From: Candidatus Thermofontivivens primus
Lineage (GTDB): Bacteria > Sysuimicrobiota > Sysuimicrobiia > Sysuimicrobiales > Thermofontiviventaceae
Direction: 5' to 3'
Length of the DNA: 64,000 nt
Assembly: GCA_031458695.1 (NCBI GenBank)
Contig: JAVKJW010000001.1
Location: 96,001 to 160,000, forward strand
Shown here: positions 38,194 through 49,195 of the stretch, piece by piece
Layout of the letters: every line of letters begins with the position of its first letter
Position numbering within the stretch: position 1 is the stretch's first letter
Translations under genes and position numbers: made by a program
Notes under the pieces: model-generated
Told to the model about the DNA's origin: nothing
The model's input: only the letters and a program-made list of their open reading frames with translations
Database searches by the model: none

Positions 38194-38826
38194 CTACGCT
38201 CGTTCGCCAATGGGCTCCTCGCCTGTGGCGGCGATCTCCTGCTGGCGCTGCTTGGCGAGCTCGACGAGCCATGCAGGATCCTCGTAGACGTAATCCTTGC
38301 GGAGGGGATGCCCGATCCAGTCCTCCGTCATCATGATGCGCCGGAGGTTGGGGTGGCCCTCGAAGATCACTCCGAGCAGGTCGTATGTCTCCCGCTCGTG
38401 CCAGTTGGCACCATCCCAGATCCTCACCACAGAGGGAATCCGCGGATCTTCCCTGGGGACGACCACCTTGAGCAGGAGGTTGTGCCGGTGCTCCATGGAG
38501 TAGAGATGGTAGACGACTTCCATGCTGTCGGGGGGCCTGTCCACCGCAGTCACAAAGGAGAGGTAATCAAAGCGGAACTCCGGATCGTCGCGCAGGAATG
38601 TGCAGACCTCCAGCAGCTGCTCCCGTGGAACCAGGAAGGTAGGGTTCGGGTAGACAGGGACATGGGACTCCACCCGGGCTGGAGGTTTCTTCCCTTCAGC
38701 CTGCGCTTTCTGAACTTCCTCCTGGTGGCGGCGCTCCTCTTCCTGCCTGGCCTTCTCCGCTTCGGCCTTGAGATCGCGTAGGGAGGGAAACCTCTCAAGG
38801 AGCCGCGAGATGAGCTCTGGTTTCAT
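38194..38826 (-). CDS. nuoC: NADH-quinone oxidoreductase subunit C
   Basis: FDYLSFVTAVD, ANWHERETYDLLG..FEGHPNLRRI, GHPLRKDY. Confidence 0.93.
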   Translation of the reverse strand: MKPELISRLLERFPSLRDLKAEAEKARQEEERRHQEEVQKAQAEGKKPPARVESHVPVYPNPTFLVPREQLLEVCTFLRDDPEFRFDYLSFVTAVDRPPDSMEVVYHLYSMEHRHNLLLKVVVPREDPRIPSVVRIWDGANWHERETYDLLGVIFEGHPNLRRIMMTEDWIGHPLRKDYVYEDPAWLVELAKQRQQEIAATGEEPIGERA

Positions 38827-39299
38827 CCTCGCACCCCTCCCACGACTCCCCGGGCAATGGGCTCCTTGGGGGCTGCCTGGTGGAGATCGGAAAGGGAGTA
38901 GAGCAACCGCGCCCGGTTATAGGTGCTTGTCTCGTAGTGTGGGACGAAGACGATGGCCTCTGTTGGGCAGACTTCTACACACAGGCCACAGTAGCAACAC
39001 TTGTCGATTTCAATATCGAAGCGCGTCAGGTACCTCTCCTTGCCCTTCCCCTCTGCCTCGATGTGGATGCACCTGTCGGGGCAGATGCGCTCGCACTGGA
39101 AGCAAATAATGCAGCGGTCATTCCCTGTCTCCGGGTCGATGGGAAGCGCCAGGAGCCCGTGCCATCGCGGGGAGACGTTGACCCTCTGCAGGGGGTAGAG
39201 GACGGTGATCTTGGGTTCCAAGAGCGTCCTCCAAGTGGACCGGAGCCCGACAACCAGCCCGATGACCGCCTGCGTTGCCCACTGAATGATTCCTTGCAT
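38823..39299 (-). CDS. nuoI: NADH-quinone oxidoreductase subunit I
   Basis: ITVLYP, CIICFQCERICP, CCYCGLCVEVCP. Confidence 0.92.
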   Translation of the reverse strand: MQGIIQWATQAVIGLVVGLRSTWRTLLEPKITVLYPLQRVNVSPRWHGLLALPIDPETGNDRCIICFQCERICPDRCIHIEAEGKGKERYLTRFDIEIDKCCYCGLCVEVCPTEAIVFVPHYETSTYNRARLLYSLSDLHQAAPKEPIARGVVGGVRG

Positions 39300-39422
39300 C
39301 CTGACCTCCTTCCCGACCAGGAAAGCCAGCCTTCCACCTACTCTTCTAAAGGTCTCACGCTCGCCTGGAGCCTCTCCCCGGCCCCCACCGGAACCTCGTC
39401 GAAAAGATTTCAGTAGGGCTTC

Positions 39423-40526
39423 TCAGCGATCCACGTCGGAGAGGACGATATCCACGGACCCCAGGATGGCGATGACGTCGGCAACCTTCCACCCCCGCAT
39501 CATCTCGGTGAGAGCATAGAGGTTGCTGAACGAAGGAGCCCTAATCTTCACTCTGTACGGCTTCTCCGAACCATCGCTCACCATGTATATCCCGAGGTCC
39601 CCCCTCGGCGATTCTGTGTGAACGTACACTTCCCCTTTAGGCGGCCGGAGCGAGAGCGGGACCCTCGCGCGGATGCTGCCCCCAGGGAGCTGGGCGATGC
39701 ACTGACGGATGATGCGTACCGACTGGCGCATCTCTTCCATGCGCACCAGGTAGCGGGCGTAGCAGTCACCCTCTGTGTAAACAGGGATGTCGAACTCCAC
39801 GCGGTCATAGACCTCGTAGGGGTCAGCCTTCCGGACATCGTAAGCGACACCGGAGGCACGCCCTACTGGCCCTGAGGCTCCCATGGCAATGGCCACTTCC
39901 CTGGGAAGAACCCCCACTCCCTGGGTACGGACTTTGAAGATGGGGTTGCCAGTGAGGAGCTCGTCGTACTCAGGCAGGCGTTGCAGGAAGTAGTCGCAGA
40001 ACTCCAGCACGCGGTCGGTCCAACCTTCAGGCAGGTCTTCATAGACCCCCCCGATGCGGAAGTAGACGTGGTGGAGCCTCCCTCCTGTCACTGCCTCGAA
40101 GAGGTCCATGACGCGCTCCCGCTCTCGCATACACCAGAGGAAGGCGGTAAAGGCACCAAGGTCGATGCCGAAGGTCCCCAGCCACAGCAGGTGGCTTGCG
40201 ATGCGCTGGAGCTCCAGGAGGATCGTGCGGATGTACCGCGCTCGCTCCGGAACCTCGATCCCTGCAAGGCGCTCCACGGCGAGGATGTAGACTTCTTCAT
40301 TCGCAAGCGCGGTGAGGTAGTCCATCCCCCGGTCGGTCAGAGCGATCCCCTGGGCAAAGGTGCGGTGCTCTAGCATCTTCTCCACTGAGGAGTGGAGGTA
40401 ACCGATGTCTGGATGGACCTCAGTGATGTTCTCCCCGTCGAGGGTAACGATGAGACGCAACACCCCGTGGGTGCTAGGGTGCTGTGGGCCCATGTTCAAG
40501 ATGAGTTCTTCGGTCCTAAGCGCCAA
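39423..40526 (-). CDS. nuoD: NADH-quinone oxidoreductase subunit D
   Basis: [35 protein letters not shown]-terminal DIVLSDVDR; no Ni-binding CxxC. Confidence 0.95.
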   Translation of the reverse strand: MALRTEELILNMGPQHPSTHGVLRLIVTLDGENITEVHPDIGYLHSSVEKMLEHRTFAQGIALTDRGMDYLTALANEEVYILAVERLAGIEVPERARYIRTILLELQRIASHLLWLGTFGIDLGAFTAFLWCMRERERVMDLFEAVTGGRLHHVYFRIGGVYEDLPEGWTDRVLEFCDYFLQRLPEYDELLTGNPIFKVRTQGVGVLPREVAIAMGASGPVGRASGVAYDVRKADPYEVYDRVEFDIPVYTEGDCYARYLVRMEEMRQSVRIIRQCIAQLPGGSIRARVPLSLRPPKGEVYVHTESPRGDLGIYMVSDGSEKPYRVKIRAPSFSNLYALTEMMRGWKVADVIAILGSVDIVLSDVDR

Positions 40527-41088
40527 GGCCAGCTCCCACCCTACTTCTTCGCCGAAGGAAGGGTTCCTTCCGGATCTTCTCCTGGAGTTTGAGAATGCCT
40601 TCGATAAGAGCCTCGGGGCGCGGCGGACAGCCGGGGACGTATACGTCTACCGGGATCACCGTATCGATCCCCTTGAGGATCGAGTAGTTATCATAGTAAA
40701 AGGGACCGCCGCAGGTTGCGCATGAGCCCATGGAGATGACGTACTTTGGCTCGGGCATCTGCTCCCAGAGGCGGCGGACGATCGGTGCCATCTTAATGGT
40801 GCAGCGCCCTGCGACGAGGATACAGTCCGCTTGGCGTGGGGTCGCCCGGGGGATCACACCGATGCGGTCTAGGTCAAACCTCGTGGCGTACGCCTGCATC
40901 ATCTCGATGGCGCAACAGGCTAAACCAAAAGTGAGAGGCCAGATGGATGCGGACCTTGCCCAGTTCAGCAAGGACTCAACGGTGGTAAGAACGACTCCCC
41001 CACCGGGGAGCGCGTCAAGAATCTCCACTGCCCGGTCTATGGGGGCTACACGAATATGGCCTGCGGGAGGGTGGGCCGAATCGGACAC
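40516..41088 (-). CDS. nuoB: NADH-quinone oxidoreductase subunit B
   Basis: [37 protein letters not shown] start after a GGAGGGAG RBS. Confidence 0.95.
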   Translation of the reverse strand: MSDSAHPPAGHIRVAPIDRAVEILDALPGGGVVLTTVESLLNWARSASIWPLTFGLACCAIEMMQAYATRFDLDRIGVIPRATPRQADCILVAGRCTIKMAPIVRRLWEQMPEPKYVISMGSCATCGGPFYYDNYSILKGIDTVIPVDVYVPGCPPRPEALIEGILKLQEKIRKEPFLRRRSRVGAGLGA

Positions 41089-41154
41089 AACACTCCCTCC
41101 TTGTAACCCCCCGGCCCTGTTCCAAGAGCAGGGGAGGCGGAAACACCGGTGAAC

Positions 41155-41183
41155 ATCATAGCATCTGAGCACCAGTTCGTCAA
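41155..41183 (-). promoter_or_regulatory. Sigma70-type promoter of nuoB
   Basis: Minus strand TTGACG-N17-TATGAT. Confidence 0.7.
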
Positions 41184-41432
41184 ACCTGTTCTCTTCCCTG
41201 TTCCCAGAACTTCGCGAGGATGCCCATAGCCGACTGAACCGAGGAGGAGCTTTTGCTCGCCCCAGGTCCAACAGAGGCTCCTGCAACCTTGACGGAAGTC
41301 CTTGAGACCCGGTGTGAGGTGGAAACGAGGCCCGTAGCAGGATCTTGTCAAAGACTTCGCTGGGGTTCCTGAGGAGGACTTCCCAGGACGTGATGAGAAT
41401 CCATGGGTAGCTAAGGGAGGGGAGCATGCGCG

Positions 41433-42266
41433 ATGACGTATCCCGTGGATGCGACTGTGATCGAGAAACTGGAAAAGAAGGCGAGAGAGCTACGCAAGAC
41501 CATCCTCCGCATGATCACCATGGCAGGCTCGGGTCATCCTGGGGGGTCTCTCTCGTCCATTGATCTGCTGGTGGCCTTGTACTACCACCACCTCCGGCAC
41601 GATCCGAAGAACCCAAAGTGGCCGGATCGCGACCGGTTCGTGCTCTCCAAGGGGCACGGTTGTCCTGCCCTTTACGCCGTCCTCGCCGACTGTGGATACT
41701 TCGGGGAGGAGCACCTATGGACCCTGCGCAAGGTGGGGAGCATTCTCCAGGGACATCCCGACATGACGCGCACTCCCGGGGTAGAGATCTCCACTGGTTC
41801 GCTTGGGATGGGATTCTCTGCAGCGATCGGGATGGCTCTTGGGGCACGCTTGAGCGGGCGATCCTACAGGGTCTATGCCCTTCTCGGTGACGGGGAGTGT
41901 CAGGAGGGAGCCGTGTGGGAAGGGGCGATGTTCGCCGCCCACTACGGCCTCGACAACCTCACCGCTATCGTGGACCGCAACGGCCTCCAACAGACGGGGA
42001 AGACCGAGGAACGTATCCGACTCGAGCCCCTTGCCTCCAAGTGGGAGGCCTTCGGGTGGCGCGTGCTGGAGATCGACGGACACAGCTTCCCCCAGATTCT
42101 CACCGCCCTTGAAGAAGCCAAAGGGACGCGGGGACGGCCGACAGTCATCATCGCGCATACTGTGAAAGGGAAAGGCGTCTCGTTCATCGAGGGGGTCGTG
42201 GGGTTCCATGGGAAGGCGACCACCCCAGAAGAATTGGAGAGAGCACTCGTTGAGTTAGGAGGGTAA
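41433..42266 (+). CDS. Transketolase, N-terminal (TPP-binding) subunit
   Basis: [37 protein letters not shown]...N. Confidence 0.95.
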   Translation: MTYPVDATVIEKLEKKARELRKTILRMITMAGSGHPGGSLSSIDLLVALYYHHLRHDPKNPKWPDRDRFVLSKGHGCPALYAVLADCGYFGEEHLWTLRKVGSILQGHPDMTRTPGVEISTGSLGMGFSAAIGMALGARLSGRSYRVYALLGDGECQEGAVWEGAMFAAHYGLDNLTAIVDRNGLQQTGKTEERIRLEPLASKWEAFGWRVLEIDGHSFPQILTALEEAKGTRGRPTVIIAHTVKGKGVSFIEGVVGFHGKATTPEELERALVELGG

Positions 42267-42273
42267 AAGAACA

Positions 42274-43236
42274 ATGTCCATCCATCTCGTCCGGGAACGC
42301 CCCCAGAAGGCCACGCGGGATGCCTACGGGGAAGCCCTTGTGGAGATTGGTCGGGAACGCTCTGAGGTCGTTGTCCTCACCGGCGACTTGCGGGACTCCA
42401 CCCGCACGGAATACTTCGCCAAAGCCTTCCCCGAGCGCTTCTTTGAGGTAGGGATTGCCGAGCAGAACATGGCAGGGATCGCTGCAGGCTTGGCGACGTG
42501 CGGCTACATCCCCTTCATCAGCTCGTTTGCGGTCTTTTCACCGGGCCGGAACTTCGACCAAATCCGCGTCCTCATCGCCCAGCCTTCCCTCCCTGTAAAG
42601 ATCGTTTCCACCCATGCCGGGATCACCGTCGGGGAGGATGGAATCTCCGCCCAGGCCATTGAAGACATCGCTATGATGCGAGCCCTTCCCAACATGGGCG
42701 TCGTCGTCCCCGCCGACGCCGCGGAAACAAGGCAGGTCATCCGGGCCATTGTCGATGTGCCGGGACCGGTCTACGTTCGTCTCGGGAGAGCCGCCGTCCC
42801 TGTGCTTTTTGAGGAGGACTACCTCTTCCAGTACGGCAAGGCGGCCAAAGTCCGGGAGGGCTCCGATGCCACCATCATCGCCTGCGGCGTCATGGTGGCG
42901 GAGGCCCTAGAGGCCGCGGAGGAGCTGGCAAGTGAGGGGATCGAGGTACGCGTCTTGAACATGGCCACAATCAAGCCTCTGGATGTGGCGGCGGTGGTCG
43001 CGGCTGCCATCGAAACAGGGGCGATCGTCACTGCTGAGGAGCACAACATCCTCGGAGGTCTTGGAAGCGCAGTGGCCGAGACGTTGGGTGAACATACCCC
43101 TGTCCCGATGAAGAGAGTCGGCATCGCCGATGTCAACGCCGAATCCGGGTCACCCAGGGACCTGATGGAGAAATACGGGTTGACTGCCCGTCACATCCGC
43201 GGGGCGGTCAAGGAAGTTCTGAAGCGAAAGAGGTAG
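42274..43236 (+). CDS. Transketolase, C-terminal subunit
   Basis: RDAYGEAL, GIAEQNM, GEDG..Q..ED, GPVYVRLGR, EEHNILGGLG. Confidence 0.95.
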   Translation: MSIHLVRERPQKATRDAYGEALVEIGRERSEVVVLTGDLRDSTRTEYFAKAFPERFFEVGIAEQNMAGIAAGLATCGYIPFISSFAVFSPGRNFDQIRVLIAQPSLPVKIVSTHAGITVGEDGISAQAIEDIAMMRALPNMGVVVPADAAETRQVIRAIVDVPGPVYVRLGRAAVPVLFEEDYLFQYGKAAKVREGSDATIIACGVMVAEALEAAEELASEGIEVRVLNMATIKPLDVAAVVAAAIETGAIVTAEEHNILGGLGSAVAETLGEHTPVPMKRVGIADVNAESGSPRDLMEKYGLTARHIRGAVKEVLKRKR

Positions 43237-43263
43237 CACGTCCAAGGGCTTAGGGATCTATGG

Positions 43264-43300
43264 CCCCCGGTAAAAGCCAAAAGACTTTTGCCGGGATACG
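43264..43300. repeat. REP-like hairpin, copy 3 (single hairpin) between convergent genes
   Basis: CCCCCGGTAAAAGCC-AAAA-GACTTTTGCCGGGA-TAC. Confidence 0.8.
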
Positions 43301-43311
43301 TAGCCGGGTGT

Positions 43312-43767
43312 TTACTCCTCGACGACACGGGTTACCACTGCTCCCCGCTCCTCGAAGCTATCCAACGCCTGCTGCAGGGCGATCCAGGCGAGGGTGGCAC
43401 ACTTGATGCGTACTGGGAACTTGCGCACGCCTTGGAGCGCCACGAGATCACCGAGGTCAATCTCGGGTTCCTTCCCGTGCATCATCCCCTTAAAGGCATC
43501 GATGAGGGCCCGAACCTGCGAGAGGTCCTTCCCCTTGATGATCTCCGTCATCATCGATGTCGAGGCTTGACTGATGGAGCACCCCCGCCCCTCAAATCGC
43601 ACATCTACGATACGTCCCCCCTCCACCAGGAGGTAGAGGCTGATCTCGTCGCCGCAGAGAGGATTCGCACCCTCCACCGTGATGGTGGAGTTGTTGAGCT
43701 TTCCCTTGTTGCGGGGGTGCGCGTAGTGGTCGAGGATGGTTTCCTTGTAGAGCTCATCGAGGGACAC
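43312..43767 (-). CDS. sufU: SUF system NifU-like protein
   Basis: LYKETILDHY, NPLCGD, GCSISQAS, RIKCATL. Confidence 0.95.
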   Translation of the reverse strand: MSLDELYKETILDHYAHPRNKGKLNNSTITVEGANPLCGDEISLYLLVEGGRIVDVRFEGRGCSISQASTSMMTEIIKGKDLSQVRALIDAFKGMMHGKEPEIDLGDLVALQGVRKFPVRIKCATLAWIALQQALDSFEERGAVVTRVVEE

Positions 43768-44989
43768 GGCTGAATAGCTCCCTCACCCGCTGGAGTCCGG
43801 CGACCAGCTGATCGATATCCTCTTCGGTATTGTAGAGGTAGAAGCTCGCCCGGGCCGTGGCCGCCACCCCCAACCGCCGGTGGAGAGGCTGGGTACAGTG
43901 ATGACCGGCGCGGATACAGATCCCTTCCTGATCGAGGACCTGGGCGACGTCATGGGGATGCACATCCGCGACGTTGAAGGCGAGAGCACTTCCCCTTCGC
44001 TCCACATCCCGCGGCCCGTACACCTTCACCTCCGCCATCTCCTGGAGGCGATTCAACGCGTACTGGACCAGTTCCTTCTCGTGGGTTCGGATGGCCTCCA
44101 TTCCCACTTCACAAAGGTAGTCAATGGCAACTCCCCAGGCAATCGCGTCGGCGATGTTGGGCGTGCCTGCTTCAAACTTCCATGGAGGGTCCTTGTAGGT
44201 CGAAGTGTGGAGCTGGACCAGCTGGATCATCTCCCCCCCACCGTGGAACGGAGGCATAGCTTCTAGGAGCTCGTACCTCCCGTAGAGGGCGCCGATCCCT
44301 GTGGGCCCACACATCTTGTGTCCTGAGAACGCAAGGAAGTCGCACCCTAGCTTCTGCACGTCCACGGGCATGTGGGGGACGCTCTGGGCGCCATCGACAA
44401 CGACGATCGCGCCAACATCATGCGCCCTCTTGACGATTTCGTCCACAGGGTTGATCGTTCCAAGAACGTTGGACTGGTGGGAAACCGCCACGACTTTGGT
44501 TCGCTCTGTGAGCACGCGCTCAAGGTCATCGAGGACGAGGTACCCTTCCTCATCAAAAGAAAGGAACCGAAGGGATGCCCCTTTCAGGGAAGCGACAATC
44601 TGCCAGGGGACGAGGTTGCTGTGATGCTCCATCTCCGTGAGGAGGATCTCATCCCCCTCCCGGAGGTAATGCAGCCCCCAGGCGTAGGCGACCAAGTTGA
44701 TCGCTTCGGTCGTGCTCCGTGTGAAAATGACTTCTTCGGGACGGCGCGCATGGATAAATGTGGCGACCTTCCTCCGTGCTTCCTCGTACTTCGCAGTAGC
44801 TTCCTCCGCAAGGGTGTAGATCCCACGATGAACGTTGGCGTTGTACTCTTCGTAGTAGCGCACAAGAGCTTCGATGACCTGGCGGGGCTTCTGGGAGGTT
44901 GCTGCGCTATCTAAGTAGACGAGGGGCTTCCCATGTACCCGCCGGCGAAAGATGGGAAAGTCCTCGCGCACCGTTCGTGGAATAGCCAT
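43754..44989 (-). CDS. sufS: Cysteine desulfurase, SufS type
   Basis: YLDSAATSQKP, NVHRG, EHHSN, SGHKMCGPTG, RAGHHC. Confidence 0.97.
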   Translation of the reverse strand: MAIPRTVREDFPIFRRRVHGKPLVYLDSAATSQKPRQVIEALVRYYEEYNANVHRGIYTLAEEATAKYEEARRKVATFIHARRPEEVIFTRSTTEAINLVAYAWGLHYLREGDEILLTEMEHHSNLVPWQIVASLKGASLRFLSFDEEGYLVLDDLERVLTERTKVVAVSHQSNVLGTINPVDEIVKRAHDVGAIVVVDGAQSVPHMPVDVQKLGCDFLAFSGHKMCGPTGIGALYGRYELLEAMPPFHGGGEMIQLVQLHTSTYKDPPWKFEAGTPNIADAIAWGVAIDYLCEVGMEAIRTHEKELVQYALNRLQEMAEVKVYGPRDVERRGSALAFNVADVHPHDVAQVLDQEGICIRAGHHCTQPLHRRLGVAATARASFYLYNTEEDIDQLVAGLQRVRELFSRVPR

Positions 44990-45039
44990 CCGCACTCACC
45001 CCGATCTCCTGACAATCGCCTCTCTGCCGTGAATCTGCC

Positions 45040-45384
45040 TCAAGGGCGATGCGGCTTCGCCCCGCTAAGCTGGGGTGCGGGCGCTACGTAAACCGCTCCT
45101 CCTTCTACCTTGACAGGGTAGATCGCCACGGAGCGGACCGCCGGGAGGGAGAGTACCCTCCCCGTGGGCACATGGAACCGAGCCCCATGCCGGGGACAGG
45201 CAACGATCTCACCGTAGACCGTGCCCTCAGAGAGGGAGGCTTGCTCGTGTGTGCAGGTGTCGTCGATGGCGTAGACCTGGCCCCCAATGTTGAAGAGGGC
45301 GATGGTATGCCCACTTACCTCTACTCGCTTGGCCGTCCCTGGGGGAATCTCCGCAATCTCGGCTACTTTGATGAACTCTCCCAT
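45040..45384 (-). CDS. Rieske-type ferredoxin
   Basis: CTH...CPRH motif within the suf operon. Confidence 0.93.
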   Translation of the reverse strand: MGEFIKVAEIAEIPPGTAKRVEVSGHTIALFNIGGQVYAIDDTCTHEQASLSEGTVYGEIVACPRHGARFHVPTGRVLSLPAVRSVAIYPVKVEGGAVYVAPAPQLSGAKPHRP

Positions 45385-45387
45385 CTC

Positions 45388-46755
45388 TTACGTGCCCCTG
45401 CCCTGCATCTTCTTCGTGATCTCCTCCCGCAGTCCTTCTCGGAGTCCCTCCAGGGGGAGGCGATCCAAAACCTCGCTGAAGAAGCCATCCACAATCATGT
45501 GGACCGCCTGGATCCTTGTCAGCCCCCGGCTCATCAGGTAGAAGATGTATTCCTCATCGATGCGGCTGACCGACGCCCCATGCGTACAGCGGAGATCGTT
45601 GGCCATGATCTCCAGCTTCGGCATGCTGTCGGCTCTCGCCCCATCGGAGAGGATAAGGTTCCGGTTGGACTGGAAGGCGTTGGTTTTCTGGGCTCCGTAA
45701 TGGGCGCGGATCAACCCCGCGAACACGGAGTAGGCTCGGTCGGCGAGCGCCCCTTTGTACAGGAGGTCGCTAGTAGTGTGAGGGGACTGGTGCTCTTGGA
45801 GGGTATGGAAGTCAAAGTGCTGGCGGCCGGTTCCAAAGAAGACCCCCAGCATCTCCGAGGTTGCTCCCTGTCCCTGCAGGATCGACTCTACGTTGACCTT
45901 CACCACATTCCCGCCGAAGGAGGCCACGAGCGTGTGGAGGGTAGCATCCCTCCCCAGGATACCCCTGATGGTGCTTACCTCCCAAGTGTTCAGCGCCCAG
46001 TTCCCCAAGGAGATGTAGCGCACATGCGCCCCATCCCCAAGGATCAACTCGACGGCTCCGGCGGAAAACGCCTGGGCCTCCCCACCGGAGGAGCGATGAT
46101 CTTCGATGAGAGTGACCTTGCTTTGGGACTCTGCAACCACCAGGGTGTGAGGGAAGATCGCTACCCCTTCTCCTTCGATCCACACCGAGGAGATCAGCGG
46201 AAGCGCGATCTCCACGCCCCTGGGCACGTAGAGGAAGGTCCCCCCTGCCAGAAATGCGGCGTGGAGGGCCCTGAACTTGTCCTCGTCAGGACGGATGCAA
46301 CGCACCATCAGGTACTCCTGGAGAAGGTCGGGAACTTCACGGATTGCTGAGCGGAGGTCCATGAACAGGACTCCTTGCGCCTTCAGGGCCTCGCTCTGAT
46401 CCTGGAGGAGGACGCCAGAGCTCCCCTGGACGAGGAGCCCTGCCCACTCCTCCTTCCGGTCCCCCTCAGGGGCTCCCGTAAGGGACTTAAGGAAGGCGAT
46501 AAGTCGCCTAAGCTCATCCTCGAGGATCATGCCCTGCCCGTAGGGAGTAAGGGAGTCCAAAGCGAGACCGCTCAGATCTGTCCTCCGCCACTCCTCCAGG
46601 TGAGGACCCGGCATCGGGAGCTGCTGATATAGGTCGAAAGCCTCAAGCCGACGCTTTTGTAACCACTCTGGCTCCCTCAACTGTTTGGAGAGAGCCAAAA
46701 GGGTCTCTCGAGTAAGTTGTGCGGCAACCAGCTGCGTTCTCGAATCGCCTACCAC
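45388..46755 (-). CDS. sufD: Fe-S cluster assembly protein SufD
   Basis: EEWRRTD, PKLEI..NDLRCTHGA, FYLMSRG. Confidence 0.95.
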   Translation of the reverse strand: MVGDSRTQLVAAQLTRETLLALSKQLREPEWLQKRRLEAFDLYQQLPMPGPHLEEWRRTDLSGLALDSLTPYGQGMILEDELRRLIAFLKSLTGAPEGDRKEEWAGLLVQGSSGVLLQDQSEALKAQGVLFMDLRSAIREVPDLLQEYLMVRCIRPDEDKFRALHAAFLAGGTFLYVPRGVEIALPLISSVWIEGEGVAIFPHTLVVAESQSKVTLIEDHRSSGGEAQAFSAGAVELILGDGAHVRYISLGNWALNTWEVSTIRGILGRDATLHTLVASFGGNVVKVNVESILQGQGATSEMLGVFFGTGRQHFDFHTLQEHQSPHTTSDLLYKGALADRAYSVFAGLIRAHYGAQKTNAFQSNRNLILSDGARADSMPKLEIMANDLRCTHGASVSRIDEEYIFYLMSRGLTRIQAVHMIVDGFFSEVLDRLPLEGLREGLREEITKKMQGRGT

Positions 46756-46838
46756 GGAGGTACCTCCTCAAGAAATCGATGCGCTCGTCCAGCAGAACCT
46801 TTCCTCACAACGGCACGGCGCCTCTTCAGCGCGATGGG

Positions 46839-48242
46839 TCATCCAACGGACCCTTCCATCTCCAACTCGATGAGGCGGTTCAGCTCCACCGCGTACTCCA
46901 GGGGAAGCTCCTTGGCCACTGGCTCGATGAACCCGCGGACAATCATGTTCATGGCCTCGTTCTCTTTGATCCCACGGGCCATGAGGTAGAAGAGCTGCTC
47001 ATCGGAGACCTTGCTCACCGTCGCCTCATGGGTCACGGCCACTTCGTCCTCCTCGATCTCCATGTACGGGTAGGTATCCGAGCGGGAGTGCTCGTCGAGG
47101 ATGAGCGCATCACAGCGCACGGCGCACTTGCTCCCCTTTGCCCCAGGGTAAACCTTCACCAGCCCTCGGTAACCCGCACGCCCGCCATCCTTGGCGATAG
47201 ACTTGCTCACAATCACAGATTGGGTGTAAGGAGCGGCGTGCACGACCTTTCCTCCGGGATCCTGGTGCTGGCCCTTCCCGGCGAACGCGATGGAGAGGAT
47301 CTCGGCTTTGGCCCCGGGTTCGAGCATGAAGACACTCGGATACTTCATTGTCACCTTGGAGCCCAGATTCCCGTCAATCCATTCCATGGTGGCGTCGCGA
47401 TAGGCGACAGCACGCTTAGTAACAAGGTTATACACGTTCTTGGACCAGTTCTGGATGGTGGTGTAGCGGCAGCGGGCCCCCTCCTTCACAATGATCTCCA
47501 CCACCGCGCTGTGCAGGGAAGCGGTGGTGTAGATGGGCGCTGTACACCCTTCTACGTAATGCACAGAGCTCCCTGGTTCGCAGATGATGAGCGTCCGCTC
47601 GAACTGCCCCATGTTCTCAGCGTTGATACGGAAATAGGCCTGGAGTGGGATATCCACGTGGACCCCTTCTGGGACGTAGATGAAGCTTCCGCCGGACCAC
47701 ACCGCGGAGTTCAGAGCGGCGAACTTGTTGTCCTCAGGAGGAACCACAGTTCCGAAGTATTCCCGCACGAGGTCTGGGTACTCGCGGACGGCGGTGTCTG
47801 TGTCCACGAAGATGACGCCTTTCTTCTCCCACTCCTCCTTGAGGTTGTGATACACCACTTCGGACTCGTACTGAGCGCCCACTCCTGCGAGGAACTTGCG
47901 CTCTGCCTCAGGGATCCCCAGGCGATCAAAGGTCTGCTTGATGTAGTCGGGAACTTCCTCCCAACTCCGCCCCTGGCGTTCCGTAGGTTTTACATAGTAA
48001 TAGATGTCATTGAAGTCGAGCTCGCTGAGATCCGCCCCCCAATTCGGCATGGGCTTCTTCAGGAAGACCTCTAGGCTATGGAGGCGGAACGCCCGCATCC
48101 AATCGGGCTCCTCCTTCATGTAGGAGATCATCTCCACAACCTCACGGTCCAACCCCTTGCGGGATTTGAACACGTATCGCTCCGGATCCCTGAACCCCCA
48201 CTTGTACTGGTCCAGCTCGATGCCTAGCGGGTTCGTCGCCAT
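46839..48242 (-). CDS. sufB: Fe-S cluster assembly protein SufB
   Basis: [36 protein letters not shown]. Confidence 0.97.
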   Translation of the reverse strand: MATNPLGIELDQYKWGFRDPERYVFKSRKGLDREVVEMISYMKEEPDWMRAFRLHSLEVFLKKPMPNWGADLSELDFNDIYYYVKPTERQGRSWEEVPDYIKQTFDRLGIPEAERKFLAGVGAQYESEVVYHNLKEEWEKKGVIFVDTDTAVREYPDLVREYFGTVVPPEDNKFAALNSAVWSGGSFIYVPEGVHVDIPLQAYFRINAENMGQFERTLIICEPGSSVHYVEGCTAPIYTTASLHSAVVEIIVKEGARCRYTTIQNWSKNVYNLVTKRAVAYRDATMEWIDGNLGSKVTMKYPSVFMLEPGAKAEILSIAFAGKGQHQDPGGKVVHAAPYTQSVIVSKSIAKDGGRAGYRGLVKVYPGAKGSKCAVRCDALILDEHSRSDTYPYMEIEEDEVAVTHEATVSKVSDEQLFYLMARGIKENEAMNMIVRGFIEPVAKELPLEYAVELNRLIELEMEGSVG

Positions 48243-48255
48243 GTTGTTCCCCTCC

Positions 48256-49089
48256 TTAGTGTTGCACCCAGAACACTTTCCCCGCGCGCCGCACAGCTCC
48301 CGTCTCCTGGATCTCAGCGGTTACCACTGCGTACTGCTCTCGGATCCAGTCGTACCCTCGTGCATCGAGCTCCTCGGCGAGGTCAGGCCCACCGGAGACG
48401 ACAAGGCGTCCGTCGAACATGACGTGCACGGTGTGCGGCCGGATATACTTCAGGATACGCGAGTAGTGGGTAATGAGCAGGATCCCCAGGTTCCCCTGCG
48501 ACCGCTCGTACAGCGCCTGGATCCCTTCAGCCACCACTTTGACCCCGTCGATATCGAGACCCGAGTCTGTCTCGTCCAGGATCGCCACCTCGGGCTCCAG
48601 CATGGCGAGCTGGAGGATCTCCGCCCGCTTCTTTTCCCCGCCACTGAACCCATCGTTTACGTAGCGCGTCAGGATGGAGGGGTCGAGCTGGAGGAGCCCG
48701 AGCTTCTCCCGGACGAGCTTTTGGAACTCGGAGATGGGCATCAGCTCCTTCTCATACCCGCGGCGAGCGCTGACCGCTGTCCGGAGGAAGCTGGCAAAGG
48801 AAACTCCTGGGATGGAGACAGGATACTGGAAGGCGATGAACAGCCCCTTCCTGGCGCGCTCGTCGGGAGACATCGAGAGAAGGTCCTCTCCTTTGAACAG
48901 CACTTCCCCCTTGATCACCTGGTAGAAGGGGTTCCCCATAAGGACGTTGGCCAGGGTAGATTTCCCGGAGCCATTCGGCCCCATGAGGGCATGGATCTCC
49001 CCTTTCTTGAGCTCCAGGTTGACGCCCTTGAGGATGACCTTCTCCTCGACGGCAACGTGTAGGTCGCGGACAATGAGATCAGCAGTCAT
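48256..49089 (-). CDS. sufC: Fe-S cluster assembly ATPase SufC
   Basis: [33 protein letters not shown]. Confidence 0.97.
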   Translation of the reverse strand: MTADLIVRDLHVAVEEKVILKGVNLELKKGEIHALMGPNGSGKSTLANVLMGNPFYQVIKGEVLFKGEDLLSMSPDERARKGLFIAFQYPVSIPGVSFASFLRTAVSARRGYEKELMPISEFQKLVREKLGLLQLDPSILTRYVNDGFSGGEKKRAEILQLAMLEPEVAILDETDSGLDIDGVKVVAEGIQALYERSQGNLGILLITHYSRILKYIRPHTVHVMFDGRLVVSGGPDLAEELDARGYDWIREQYAVVTAEIQETGAVRRAGKVFWVQH

Positions 49090-49139
49090 AGCGCCCTCCG
49101 CAAAATTCTGTAGTGAATTGCTCAAGAAATCTCAAGTTG

Positions 49140-49168
49140 ATTGTAAAGTCATTCCTAGGAAAAGTCAA
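49140..49168 (-). promoter_or_regulatory. Sigma70-type promoter of the suf operon
   Basis: Minus strand TTGACT-N17-TACAAT. Confidence 0.75.
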
Positions 49169-49195
49169 GGCAAGGGGAACTTCCTAGGGAGGAGG

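Noticed and set aside
38194..41088. Group 4 [NiFe] hydrogenase
   Set aside because: The large subunit has no N- or C-terminal CxxC Ni ligands; motifs match NuoD.
41089..41427. 113-aa N-terminal extension of NuoB
   Set aside because: Region contains the nuoB promoter and a repeat remnant; a strong RBS precedes GTG 41088.
41433..43236. Split transketolase as a frameshifted pseudogene or a novelty
   Set aside because: Two-subunit transketolases are common; both genes are intact, with an RBS before the second.
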